A stretch of 64,000 bases of DNA, taken from Selaginella moellendorffii (taxonomy: Eukaryota; Plantae; Lycopodiophyta). This document shows positions 38,202-54,400 of this stretch, one piece after another. The DNA lies in assembly GCF_000143415.4 (NCBI RefSeq), contig NW_003314321.1, positions 754,236 to 818,235 on the forward strand, given 5' to 3'. Positions within the stretch are counted from its first letter, which is position 1. Every line of letters begins with the position of its first letter. Under the pieces are notes generated by a model, which saw nothing but the letters and a program-made list of their open reading frames with translations, was not told the origin of the DNA and did not search any database. Both the position numbers and the translations under genes were made by a program.

Positions 38202-39833
38202 TCACGAAAGATCTGGAGAAATTCTCTGGAGACCACCAAAGTAGATGTTCGAAAGCAGTAGATTCAAGCCCGGATCGCGAGCTCGCAACTCAAGCCCGGA
38301 TCTCGCCGCGAAAACTCCACTCTCCACATCGTGTAGATTCTTGGAAGCGCTCACAACACTACACCAGGCAACGTAGTCCGGCACCATGGGCATCGTCGCA
38401 AGCAAGCTCGTCGCGAGCTGGAGCTGCCCGGATCGCCCAAGAACATCCACCATGCAAGAGTAGTGATCCACGCTTAGAGGGACTCCAAAATCCATAGCCA
38501 TGGCGACGAGGTAGTCGCGGCTCTGATCCACGAGACCCAAGTGGCTGCAAGCCGTGAGGAGGACGAGGAAGGTGATGGAATTCACCGGCAATCCATCCAG
38601 GATCAATCGCTGGAAGCTCACGATCGCGGTCATGGCGCTGCTGGAGAGCGCGAAGGCCGCCATGATCGCGTTCCAGGACACGATCGTGTGCTGTGGCATT
38701 CGATCGAAGACGCGCTTGGCCGCGAGGAGATCCATCCTCCTCGCTAGCGATCCCAGCATTGCCGTCCAGGACACCACATTCCTCTCGGGCATTCGATCAA
38801 AGAGATCGAAGAGATCCAGCGAGAGGTTTCCAGTGGAACGATGGTCGTCGTGATGATCCAGGAGCGCTGTCAGCGACACGACGCTCCACTGCGGCATCTT
38901 GGAGAATGCGATCTGGGCGGCCGCGAATTCGCTGCTTCCAGCCACGATCGTCGTCCAGGCCATGAGATCTCTCCCCGGCATCGCATCGAAGAACTCCTTG
39001 GCTGCCACGAAGAGGCCTAGCCTCGCACTGGCTTGGATCATCGCTGTCCACGCCACGAGATCGCGCAGAGGGATGCGATCAAACACCGCGCGGGCGCCCT
39101 CCAGGGAGCTCCAATTCGCGGCGATCATCGCATTCCACGAGATCTTGTCGCGCTCCTCCATCAGGTCGAAGATCACGCGCCCCTGATCGCCGCCCAGGAC
39201 CTGGAGCACCGATGTTGCGCTCACGCGGTCGTGGTATGGCGATCGCTGGAAAAACCTCTGGGCGGAGGAGGGATCGCTGGCGAGGGCGAATCCGGCGAGG
39301 AGAGAACACCAGGAGATCACGTCGCGCTTGGGCATGGCCAAGAAAACTTCAGTGGATTCTTGCAAATGCCCACTCTGAGCATACGCTGCTATTAGCGTGT
39401 TCCAGGAGATCAAATTCCACTCGGGCATTCTACCAAGAACTTCCTCCGCTAGGGATGGATTGGAGTAGTGCGAGTAGATCTGTATCATGCTCGTCCATGA
39501 GACAGAGCTCCTCAGACTCATGCTATAGAAGATCTCCTCCGCGGCCGCCAATTGCCCATTCGTGGCGTACGCCCACGCCAGGATGTTCCACGAGAAATCA
39601 TTGGGCTGCTCGACCATGCCATCGAACACCGCGCGGGCCTCGCGAATCCTGCCACATTTTCCATACATCTCCACCAGCAGATTGGCCAGGAATCGATTCC
39701 GCCGGTGCTGGCTCTGCTCGATCTGGGCGTGAATCCACCGCGCCTGCTCCAAATCCTGGCCTACAGACCTCACAATCCTGGCGATGTCATCCTGCTCCTG
39801 GAGAATCAACGCCCGGGAAGCCGATCGCCGCAT
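38202..39833 (-). CDS. PLS-class PPR protein with truncated E domain, no DYW
   Basis: Intronless ORF with divergent S-type repeats, ending HYSCMVDVLGRSG...LLLSNIY. First ATG at 39833. Confidence 0.85.
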   Translation of the reverse strand: MRRSASRALILQEQDDIARIVRSVGQDLEQARWIHAQIEQSQHRRNRFLANLLVEMYGKCGRIREARAVFDGMVEQPNDFSWNILAWAYATNGQLAAAEEIFYSMSLRSSVSWTSMIQIYSHYSNPSLAEEVLGRMPEWNLISWNTLIAAYAQSGHLQESTEVFLAMPKRDVISWCSLLAGFALASDPSSAQRFFQRSPYHDRVSATSVLQVLGGDQGRVIFDLMEERDKISWNAMIAANWSSLEGARAVFDRIPLRDLVAWTAMIQASARLGLFVAAKEFFDAMPGRDLMAWTTIVAGSSEFAAAQIAFSKMPQWSVVSLTALLDHHDDHRSTGNLSLDLFDLFDRMPERNVVSWTAMLGSLARRMDLLAAKRVFDRMPQHTIVSWNAIMAAFALSSSAMTAIVSFQRLILDGLPVNSITFLVLLTACSHLGLVDQSRDYLVAMAMDFGVPLSVDHYSCMVDVLGRSGQLQLATSLLATMPMVPDYVAWCSVVSASKNLHDVESGVFAARSGLELRARDPGLNLLLSNIYFGGLQRISPDLS

Positions 39834-40509
39834 CTCCGCCCCATCGCACGCTAGAGCCCTAATCGAGAGGAGAGAGAAGAACAAAGAATCTCTACAGTAG
39901 AATATGCTTTGGTCAAAGTCGACCGTACGGACTGACAGACACCGTAGGATGTGCCCGAGGCCCGGGAGCCGTTGGATAGAGATCTGGGTGGGAATTTTAA
40001 ACAGGAGATAGACTAAAAAACCCTAGCTCGCCAGCCGGCCATGGCTCTAACAAGGAATCGGTGCATTTATTTCTTCTTCATTCGCCCTCTTTCCTCCTGG
40101 ATCGATGGATCCATCTTGTCTCATTCTCTAGGCATTGAATTCTTGTGGGGACTACTAGCGATTGATGCGAGGAAAGGGGCCGCGGAGTGGAATGCCGGAT
40201 GGACGTGGATTGATGCCAACGCTTCAATCGTCTCGTGTGTTTGTCCTGGCGCTATCGCTCGGAGCCGATTTCCCCGCGGCGATGCTGCCGACAAAGCGAC
40301 TCCGACGCGCAGGATGATCGATCCAATCCATCAGTTCCGTCGGCCGGCGATCAAACAGGGTCTGGGTAGGAGAAGGGAATCCGGCAATCATTGGCGGCAC
40401 GTTATCTTTTCGATCGCGCTATAAAATGGGGCTGATAATCCTATCATTCCAGAAGGATTGACTGATCGGCCTGATGGTCGATCGATACAGCGGATTACCG
40501 GGTGGAGCA

Positions 40510-42390
<1,881 letters not shown>

Positions 42391-42529
42391 TAAGCTAGCT
42401 GCATTCTTTCTTTCCTTCTTTGGTTTTATTTTATAACCAAACTGTGATAGCTCAAAATCTCACAAAGTGAGAGAATGAATTGACAGGCGACACTTTTACC
42501 AAGTTATCTTTTGTTGAGTTCGTTATTTA

Positions 42530-42930
42530 TTGCTCTACCAGATCGGTCCATCCATAGAGGAAGAACGAGATGCGATGATTTGGCAGCCAAGACGTGATTT
42601 GGGAACACCAGAAGTAAAGTTTCCTTTTTTTTCTCAAGTGAAACTCTTCAGTCTTTGTGAGCCTGAACGCCAGGTTGAGTATAGCGTTCTCTTGGTCGAA
42701 TGGTTCTGGCAACTTCTGGTAGAGCTCCTCATCCTGAAAGATTGTAAGAAAAATAATCCAATAACAAAGCAAGATATTATACCATGAAGATTACGTGACA
42801 AGTCAAGCATGCAACAAATCAGTCAAGAAAAGAGCGAAGAGGTTAGAAGCAAGAAAGTTTCTAACCTTCCAGCTTTGATCTTGTCAGGAATTTGGATCAA
42901 CTTCTTGCTGCAACAGCTCATGGCTCCATT
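42530..42930 (-). pseudogene. Mitochondrial ferredoxin pseudogene (3' exons)
   Basis: DEELYQKLPEPFDQENAILNLAFRLTKT and SRLGCQII remnants, colinear with 50281-50790; 5' part absent and upstream exons carry deletions. Confidence 0.85.
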
Positions 42931-43508
42931 TCTTAACACTTCTGACATTGATAGCTACTTTTTTATGGCTGTTTTACTATTAATATTAAATCACAATTAC
43001 AATAACATTTTACAAATAGTGCAAATATAATTATAACTGTGCTTAGGGATTAGTTAATATTCAACTTTAAACCTGGGAACCAAGCTTAATAACAGTAATA
43101 ATTAATATCTTTAGTTTTGAGATGGCATTCATATACTGTTTACAAGGTCTTGTAATGCCCCCCAAGAAGCATGAGACAAATGGATTCAAATATGCTACAG
43201 TGAAACTTCTGAAGTGTAGTTATATATTTTAAATTGTTATTCATGCTAGTTATAATTCAAAGTGTTGGTGAAGATTTCCAACAGCACTTCTTGTTTGGCA
43301 AGTGTTTTCAGACTAACTTGCCCTCCATAAGGGCTCTGAAGTGTGGTGTTTCTATGTTCAAGATCAAGGGAGTTTGAGTTTTTTTGCAACCTTCTTTAGA
43401 CTCTGTAGACACTCATTTGCAACTTGCAATCCCAATAATTTGTGTGGCATTTAAGTTTCAGTCCACTTGACTAGGAAGTGGTTGCATGGTTCTTTAGAGA
43501 AATGTCCC

Positions 43509-46185
43509 TCAATGAAGTTCACCACTTAAGAAATGAGCCACATTTGTTATTGCTCGTGCTACCTTCCAAATCTCATGCTGCAACGCGTTCCAGCTAGCCT
43601 TGTTGTTGATACTCATTGCAGCAGCTAGTGCGTCACAAACACCCGGAAATAACTGCGAATTGTAGTGATTCTTACCTGATGGCCCATATATCTGTCAACA
43701 ACCCGGATCATTAATAGTCAAGCTAGACATTCTGAATACGTACAACATGCTTATACCAGGAAGTCCCGGTCAGTCCACTAGGATCCAAGAACGATCGCTC
43801 GGCCAGAAGCATCCGATCATTCAAGGACCTCAGCTTAGACAAGGTTTGAGCATCAGTGAGTACCTGATGAAGCCAGAAAATCTTAGGAAAAAAAAAAAAA
43901 AAAGAAATTAGTAACCTTCATTTGAATCATTTCTGCTCCCAATTGAGCAGCAGCTGCTCGAAGTTTTGATATCGCAGGAAATAAGGGATTTGCTGTGATG
44001 TTTTCTGATGCTTGCAGCAAATTCTTTTGCAATGCCATTGCACCCGCCTATTGACACCAGATCGGTCATTCAGAAGAAAAGACGTCAAATATCACCTCCA
44101 GCTCGTCGGCATAGTTAGCATAGTTGAAGGATAAAACAGCATCACCAGCAAGATGGATTGCAAGGAGGCCCCATATTCCAGAAACTGTTGATTTCATCAT
44201 AAATCTCATGCCTGAAAAATGGGATACCTTGTTATTACCTGCAACGTGCCGGTGAAACATGGGATCTCCAAAGCGTTCCATCCAGTTGTAATCATCATAC
44301 AGTGAATGATACATAGGGTAAACTGCATCACACACAGTTATTACCAAAAAAGTGTAATCTCCCCATATTTACGAGTTTGATATCGGATGTCACATGAAGG
44401 AATACCAGCATGATGCAAGAATGCCGAGAAATCAGATCCACTACCCAGCCTTCCAATCTGAAAAAAGCTCATGTTAGTTTGATCGCATGCTGAAATCAAG
44501 CCTCACGTTAGGAGTACCATGGCCGTTCAATGCAGACCAAGCTTCATATACTGTCCCGTATACTGAATTTGGATCCTTCACCTAGAACAAGGACGAAATT
44601 GATATTACTTGATTAAAAATCCAGAGGATTGGAACCTTCTTGGTGACTTCCAGCAGTATATTGTCCAGCTGGGGGGTCGCACGTCCATCAAAATTAGGAC
44701 CACCAACTGCTGAGTCGACGTTAAGGTAAGCAACTGCTCTAGAAGCCAATAAATTGAGATTCCTCTCAACCCATTCGGATGACCCTATCTGGAGAACAGG
44801 GGACCGGAATCAGACTGCACAAATAAGTGTGAGAGGCACTCACCAAGCCAAACTCTTCCGCATCCCAGCTACAGAAAATAATTGTTCGCCTCGGTCGCCA
44901 CCCGAGGCTCAGCAAGTTTCCGAATCCTCGTGCAATCTATAAATGCAGGGGCTCAGACTGAACTACACGATGCTAAACATTACTTCAAGAAGACATGCAG
45001 TGCCACTGTTGGGGTCGGCTGCTCCAAATGTCCATGCATCTCGATGGTTTCCGAGCAAAATATACCTTGAACATTCAATTATAGCGCCCCAAAAGAATCT
45101 GAAGTCTTAGATTACTTACCTGTCTGGCTCTTCAGACCCTGTAATCATCCCTATAACATTTCTGATTGGAGCCATCGTCAAATTCCCCTGATCAGCAGCA
45201 AGATGTTGGACTTAAAACAGAAGGTAGAAAGAAGACTCACTTCATAGCTCAACTTGACTTTAGCAGGACCCCTCCCAAGTCGGTATGAGGACAGTTGTAG
45301 TCCCCCCTGCCACTCTTGTGGAGCAACCTTCCCTGTTAGTGCTTCCAGTATTGGTAGCGCATCCTGAGCCGAAACTGGCAACACAGGTATCTTAGGAAAC
45401 TGCACTTGGGAGATTTCCAGCCTTTCAGCATCCGGAACACTGGGCCATCCAGGAGTAAGAGGATCACCATTAGTCAAAAACAAGGAACCTCGTTGAACAC
45501 CAGATGGGGGCAACCACTGTGAAGAAGGATAGTAACCTTGACTTCCGTTCCCTGCATAGTCGAAAGGATCCGAGTAGGTTATGGCAGCAGCTGCACCTGC
45601 TGCTGCTGCATTTGCAGCTATATCCCCTCGGAAGATCTTCCCGATCCTTGCAATGACCACTGTACCAGTTACATTGACTCCTTCATCCTTCAAAGTGAGA
45701 AAATCCTCTTCTCGACCATAGTTTACATAAACAACTTCACTGCTGATGGTACCAGAAGGTGAATAAGCGAAGAAAGTTGGAATCACCTTCGGATTAGTGC
45801 TGTAAGGGTCGCCCTCGACTGCCTCTTCTTTCAAAGTGAAGTCCTTCAAGGAACCATCAGGAAGGTGCAACGATAGAGATCTTCGGATCGGATAAGAGAG
45901 GAGCACACTGTAATCAGAGTAATGAGCCACAATCCCGGAAGCTTCAAAATGATCAAAAACGTATTTTGCGGTAGCGAGGTCCTCTGCCGTGCCGGCTACA
46001 TGTGGCTCCAACGTAAGCTCCTTAAGAAACTTACTGATTGTATTGTTAGAAAGACCAGATAGGAATTCATCCTCCAACTTGTCCAAAGTGAAGCCCGAAT
46101 CTTTCACTCCTGTAGACGAGAAGAAAGCAAAAGCAAGCAGGACCAGTGACAACAAGCAGCATCTGCATCTGCTCACGCTTGCCAT
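43509..46185 (-). CDS. Glutamate carboxypeptidase II family protein (AMP1/LAMP1-like)
   Basis: N-terminal membrane anchor; PHVAGT, PA domain [55 protein letters not shown]; TfR-dimer C-terminus. Confidence 0.92.
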
Positions 46186-47029
46186 ACTTCTGGTTAATCG
46201 CACCTCCTGCTATATCAGATCCGCAAGAGCACGGACTACTCCCATCGCATCTCGACAGATCCTTCCTGCAATAAAATTATAGCATGCCAATAAGTTCACA
46301 ACCAACACAAAGGAAATCGGCTTTGTACTTGAAGCACTGTTCAGAATTAGGATGCCATTCATTGGGAAGATGCTCCTTCACGTGAACAAGATTAAAAAAT
46401 AATGCACAATAGTATATATCAACAGGACCCAAAAAAATCAGCACGTGCAACAAAGCAAAGGAACGATCACGTGAATAAAAACCAAGGTGCAGACAATTGT
46501 GTGTGATTTTATATGGCTAAAGACAAGCATTTTTATTTCGTCATTGAAGAATCCTTTGCAGCTGCCAACTTCTTCAACACTCGGCTTCCAGAATTTTCTT
46601 GATGGAATGAAGATCATTCCGCTCATTGTCTGGTCTATTTACTCCAGACCTAAAACACAGAGTGGTTATTGGAAAATGTTAGGCCATGAAAAGTGAGCTG
46701 TTAGGCCCGGACGACCTTTGACTTTCTCTATCCCTGGGACCTTTGTGGAGACGAATGGCAGAGAGAAATCTTCTGTTGATCGTGGAAGAAACTTTCCTGC
46801 TTCTAACCTCTTTGTCTTTCCTTGACCATCTCAGGACTCAAGAATCTTCGCAGTTTCTTTCAATCGTCAGGACAAGGAGCTCTGTCATATGGCATTTCAC
46901 GATCTTCCGTGCTTTTTGTGAGCACTAAAAGTACCCATTAAGATAGCCATTAAATATAATCCGTCCATTCAAAATCTAACAGTTTGTGTGAGCCTAAGCA
47001 CAAAAGTGCTCGGTGTCGCAAAAAACAAT

Positions 47030-47140
47030 GAACATAAAGACAAGAAAAAGGAAACTTCACCTCTTGATGTCTCGCTTGCCAAATCATTGCAAAACATGGG
47101 ATGCGTCTGGCTTGTGGATGGACACCTTCACCTGCTAGAA
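47030..47140 (+). pseudogene. Mitochondrial ferredoxin last-exon remnant (inverted copy)
   Basis: cttgccaaatcattgcaaaacatgggatgcgtctggcttgtggatggacac resembles the CQIIAKPELDGMRLA...VDGH exon, with deletions. Confidence 0.7.
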
Positions 47141-47244
47141 CGAACTCAACAAAGTTACCTTGGTAATTGTCTTGTCAATTCATTCTCTCACTTTGTCAGA
47201 TTCTGAGCTGTCACAACCAAAGAAGGAAAGCAGCTAGCTTACAC

Positions 47245-48660
47245 TCAGAATGGCATTGGCTTTCCAGCCAGGAAGGATTTTATGAGCTTGAAGGTACAGT
47301 CGGGTTGGAACATTGGTACCGCATGGCCAACAGCTCGGACCGTCACAAGTGTCAGCACATCGTAAATTTCCGTGTATCCACCAACCTGGTGAAGAGACAT
47401 ACCAGATATGAAGGAGGTCCAAGGCAAATTTGATGCTACCTGTGTTTCGGTACCATGTATACCACGGTTTAGTTGTGTTAAGCTTGAGTTTCTCAACCGA
47501 GTATCGTGAAAAAGTCACTGGAACTGCCAAGTCAACATCTCCACTGTTCCCAGTCACGGTTAGACTAAGAGTGCCTCAAGTAGCCGATGAATAGTTACCT
47601 GTATACCCAGATTCTTAGTCCGGCTTTCATCAGCTTTCTATAAATCGGCAGCATTGTCTCATCCGAATCTTGCCAGTTGGTGTTAATCGTTTCGCTGCAA
47701 CACAAAGATAAGATAGATTGGTACAAAGCAATCAACTAAGCTGGAACCTGCATCCCGTCCAGTTGTAAGGAATGCCTGTTACGTTGGCATGGAGAGCTTG
47801 TTGGGCGTCCGGTCTGTTGAAGTAGACCTCAACGTAGTCATCCCAACAAGGATCATACCCGCCGTATTGGTGTTTTCTCGACACCTTCTATGCCCATATT
47901 TTTCCATCAAGTAGGAAAGGGATATAAAACCTAGAGGACTTACCGGATCACTGAAGAACCGTGTGAACGTTCTCTGAGCAGAACTGGCGCGAAGACACAC
48001 CGGAGCCTAGATGTTGTAGGGATCTATGGCACCGAACTCGTGCTGGTAGATATTGGTCTTGCATTGGTCTTGAGTCGCGTTTGTCTCGACTTTGAGATTA
48101 CGGTAGCGGACGATGGAACGGTACGTGTTGTGGGAAATGAGAGCGTGCGACCACCAGAAGTCCACACTCCTGAGTCTGTCTTCCTGTGCATTTCCGACCT
48201 GGATAAAAGCAGGTCCCAACGATACGGAGAAAATAAATTCTACATGAACCTTTGAGATTTACATCTGGATTTTTGTTCTTGTCGTCTATGAGAATCGCAA
48301 GCTGAGGAGCGTTTGCTTTATGTCCTGTTTGGAAAAATGAATAAAATAGTACAAACTTGGCGGAAATGTGTGGAGCTTACCAGCGTAACTTTCACGAGTG
48401 ATGTAGAAATCTCGGGAAACCGCTCCAACCATCCCCCTGGCTGTACAGTATCAATGTCCGGTACTGAAAAAAAGGACAACATTACCTGTGTACTTAACTC
48501 CTGGAAACTTCAAAGCCGTACTGGACTCAAGAAACAAGACATTTGCGACTGTTCGCAAAACAAAAACACGAGAAAAGAGAAAACTTGAATTGGTGTCACT
48601 CCCTGGAAGATAGTGGATGCGGTGGCATTCTTTCGAGAACACGCTCCACCAGATTATCAG
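47245..48660 (-). pseudogene. SCPL pseudogene (inverted copy)
   Basis: [63 protein letters not shown], with internal deletions and frameshifts. Confidence 0.9.
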
Positions 48661-48906
48661 CCGTCAAGACGGCCTAGGGCTTTTCTCTTGTTTAAGAGCT
48701 TTAATTATCCAGCTTTATCATTGTTAAAGGGATGGTCGGAGCCAATTTTGTTGCGGCGATGCCGACAAGGCGACGCTGACGGTCGATTTCATTCATCCTT
48801 GTAATGCAAGCGAGGTCATGTTATCGATCGCGCTATAAAATGGGAATATCATTCGAGAAGGATTGACTAAATCGGCTGATAGTTGATCGACACAGTGCGT
48901 GGAGCA

Positions 48907-50145
<1,239 letters not shown>

Positions 50146-50280
50146 TAGTAAGCTAGCTGCATTCTTGGTTTGATTTTATAGCCAAACTGTGATAGCTCAA
50201 AACCTCACAAAGTGAGAATGAATTCACTTACCAGGGTATCTTTGTTGAGTTCGTTTAGTTATGGCTCTAGCAGATCGCTG

Positions 50281-51128
50281 CTAGTGAGGCTTTGGAACGT
50301 GTCCATCCACAGCGAAGTTCCTGGTAGCCGGCGGAAGAGCCAGACGCATCCCATCCAGCTCTGGTTTGGCGATGATTTGGCAGCCAAGACGTGATCTGGA
50401 ACACCAGCGGTAAAGTTTCTTCTTTCTTTCTCGTCCTCATTGAAGTGGAACTTACGTCTCTGTGAGCCCGAACGCCAGGTCGAGCATATCGTTCTCTTCG
50501 TCGGATGGCTCTGGCAACTTCTGGTAGAGCTCCTCGTCCTGACGATCGAGAGAAACTTAGCGCGACAAGAAAGCGACGATCTGGAACTATACCATGAAGA
50601 TTACGTGACAAGTCGAGCAGGCTAGAGATCCCTCGCAAGCCCCTGACACAAACCCGAGGTAACTATGCTCAATCCATTGCTAGAGCAGAAAAGAGAAAGA
50701 GGTTTACCTTCCAGCTCGATCTCGTTCTCGTGAGCAGCTTCTAGCATCGACATTCCAACGGGAACCTGGATCGATTTCTCGCTGCCATTCTTGTCCACAA
50801 AGGTCACAGAGATCCTGGAAGAACAGAGAATCAAATCACGAGAAGTTCGTACCCAAGAGCTTACTTTGGTTTGTCTTGTTCACTGGCGGCACTGGGTGAT
50901 GAGAATGCGCGCGATCGGAGACGACTGGACCACGGCTGGCAAATTTTCCAATCCCATCACAAGAAACCTAGCCTCCACTTCTTGCTTCGTTACCTGGGGC
51001 GGACGCCTAGAACCTAGATCATGCTCCTGTGGCGCGGATGATCGGTGGCACCACAAAAGAGGCGATTCACGACGCAAATGCGAGCAGCGCTGTGCCAAGC
51101 TCCTCCTCGCGGCAGCACTCAGCGACAT
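50281..51128 (-). CDS. MFDX: Mitochondrial [2Fe-2S] ferredoxin (adrenodoxin-like), intact
   Basis: Arg/Ser-rich presequence; ISVTFVDKNG, GACEGSLACSTCHVI, EENDMLDLAFGLTETSRLGCQ, ATRNFAVDGHVPKPH*. GT-AG introns. Confidence 0.93.
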
Positions 51129-51423
51129 CCCAAAGTGTACGGGCCAAGATTAGGCGTACGATATGGTCCATTTACGCTATTCACAATGAAAGTATACATC
51201 CCAGGAAAGGTGTTAAAGCCTAGTTTCATTTTGTATTTAGTCAGTTATAAGGTTCTAGCACTTGCTAAAATATTTTTTCAGCAATTTCTTGTAACAACAT
51301 CAAGTTTATGGACTCAAAAGATAGCTTTTTACAAGAATAACCATGGATAATAATATTGACTTCTAGACTATATGAGAAAATATTTGGTAAATCAATTATT
51401 AGAAAATATATTTTATTTGAAAT

Positions 51424-54400
51424 TGTGAGGGCCAAGTGTATGGCTACAATGCCGTATACTAATATTAGCGTAGTGGGATTTTGGTAACCGTTGGATTGAT
51501 TTCAATCCAGACCACTCACTCTTGTATATAAACTAGGGTTTTTAGGCTAATTGATATGCATATTTTCTATATTTCCTTTCCATATTTCAAACACTCACAT
51601 TAGTGGAGATGAGGGGCATTTTTTATTGTTCCTGAGGAGTGCTTAAATTTGGGATTCTGGTTTAAATCTAACTTTTGCATTGTCTAAATATAATTTTTTC
51701 CATTTCCTTTCTTTTGTTTTTCCCTTTCAAGATTTTGGTTTAGATCTAGCTTTTTGCATTGTCTAGATTTACCATTTCCTTCTAGCTTTTTGTCATTTGT
51801 CTTCTTTTGCTCTTTTTTTTTCGTTCATCTTCATGGCAGATCAGCAATCTCCTCTTTTGACTTTGGAGCAGTAGTTGGTCCAATTGCTTGATACTATATG
51901 CTTGCAATTGAACAACCAAATTCAATTGATAGTAGCATTCATGGCACGTGGTATAACTCCTCCTGCTCTTGGTGCCAATCCTCACGTTCGGCTGGAGTTC
52001 TTTCGCAGGAATCGTAGGGATGATGTGTACCATTGGTTCGATTACTTCAAAGTGATTGCCATATATCATTCTTGGGATGATGTTCGACGTTTGTGTGAAT
52101 TTCCCACGTGTCTCCAAGGGATGGCGTTGTAGTGGTACAATGGTTTGAACACAGCCACTCGTGGGGATTGGAGTGTTTTCCCGAATGTCTTCAAACGCAA
52201 CTTCGAACATGCCAATGACTATGATGATGCCTTCCAACAATTGCATCGTCTTCGCCAAAGGCCATTTGAGTCGGTGATGTAATTTGGCGTTTGTTTTCGA
52301 AGTTTTTTACTTTGTGCGGAGCCCAATATGTCGGAGTAGATCAAGCTAGGAATGTTATGGCCAACACTTCGTTAAGATCTTGTCGGACTTGTGCATGCAT
52401 TTGCTCCTGCCACCCTTGACAATGTTCTTCGCTTAGCACAACGTTATGAGATGTCGCCTCTTTCACTTCTCGCTGCACGTCCTTCAACTCCACTTTCTAT
52501 GAGTGATGGTCCTGTTCCAATGGAGGTTGATGCTGCTACTGCTCGAGTCCAAAGACAAGGGTGAGGACGTGGTCGTGGCCGTGATGTTCGTTGTTGGGCA
52601 TGTGATGAAGTTGGTCATACTTATCGGTGTTGTCGGTGTTTTCTGGATTGGCGACCTCCATTTCCTAGGTGGAGACCTTGGCGTTAGCAACGTCCTGTTG
52701 GTGCTGTTGCAGTGGAAGGTTTGGACAACAAAATGCATCCAGGAAACGAGGAGTTGCGCGAGTAACGAAGGGACCTTGCGCGAATAAGTCAGTGACCCCT
52801 CCATCTTTCTTTCGGGAGTATCATCAAGGGGTTCACTTGGCACCAGTTCATCAAGTGTTTACTTTCCAAGCTCATTTTTATAACAAGAGGTCTCTTATTA
52901 TTCTCTCCATGTTGGTTGATACAAGTTCGAGTTTATCTTTTATTGCTCGACCTATTACCACACGTTGTCATCTACACTTGCGTCGTGCAGCGAAACTGGT
53001 TTTCATTTTTTATGGCAACAGCTGTACACATGCATGTGCACGAGATGAGGCGGACCTGGTTGTGCGTGTGGGCGATCTTGAATTGTAGTTGTTGCGGGTG
53101 ATGCCAAGTCAAACTTTTGACCTCATTCTTGGTATAGATTGGTTGCAGCGCAATCATGCCAAGTGTGACTTTGAGGCTTCTCTTCTTTGTTTCATATTTC
53201 CTTATGTTTTATCAATTCCTCTCACTTTCGTACCTCTTCGTCCCTCTACTTCTACCTCTGCTTCCATTACTTTTGTTCCCCCACTATTTCCTCCTATGTT
53301 TCCATCTTATTCTGCTTTTCCCTTTTTTGATCCCTCCAACGATCTTTGTGTTGCAGTGGTTGACCGGCTCATGAAGGAGTATTATGATCTTTTTGAATTT
53401 GACCTATCGTCTGGGGCTAAGATTGCCACACGTCATCTGATTCCAACCGGGGATGCTTGTCCAATCAAGGTTCCTGTTCGTCGTTGGTCACCCAAGGAAA
53501 TCAAGATTTTACGTGTAAACGTCAAAGAGATGTTGGAGAAGAGTGTTATTCGGAAGTCACGGAGTCGTTGGGTATGTAAACCTCATCTTGTGACAAAGTC
53601 TGATGGGAGTATTCATTTCTACATCGACTATCCTCCATTAAACAAAGTAACGATCCCAGATGTGTACCCTCTTCCTCACATTATTGATCTCTTGGATCAT
53701 CTGGGGCAAAGTTGTTAGTTCACGAAGCTAGATCTAGATTTTGGGTACTAGTAAGTATCGATGGCTGAAGACGATATTCCTAAGACTGCTTTTCGTACGC
53801 CATTTGGTTTAGTTTGTACGAGTTCTTGGTGGCTCCAGCAACTTTCCAGTGGATGATGGACGAGGTTCTTTGCGATATGCCGGAGGTGACTGCTGACTTT
53901 ATTGATGATGTCTTGATCCACTCGGAGGGGACATAAGAAGAGCACATTTATGATGTTTGTAAAGTGTTGGATTGGCTACGTGACATTGGTTTAAAGCTGA
54001 AGTAGTCGACGTGCGTGTTTGGGTCCAAGGACACAACTTATCTTGGGTATCGTATTTTTTGTGAGGGTTTGCAAGTTGATCCTGACAAACTTGTGGCTGT
54101 TCTAAAGTTCCCTACTTTGAAGTGTGTGAATGATGTGCAACACTTTTTGGGCAAAGTGCAGTATTTTGGTCATTTTGTGAATCATCTTTCTGATCACACT
54201 GCACTGTTGCGAGCATTGCTGAAGTCATCAACGTAATTTTTTATCTGGTCTCCGGATTCTGAGCGGGCGTTCGGGGATCTCAAAGAGTTGTTGACGACTC
54301 CTCCAGTTTTGGCATATCCTAACTACTCTCAACTTTTTATTTTGCACGTGGATGCTTCTGACATTAGTCTTGAAGGTGTGTTAATGCAAGAGAGCTCAAG

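Noticed and set aside
40041-40424. 127-aa ORF upstream of SCPL
   Set aside because: Non-ATG start, no motifs, and the frame is not preserved in the duplicated copy near 48735.
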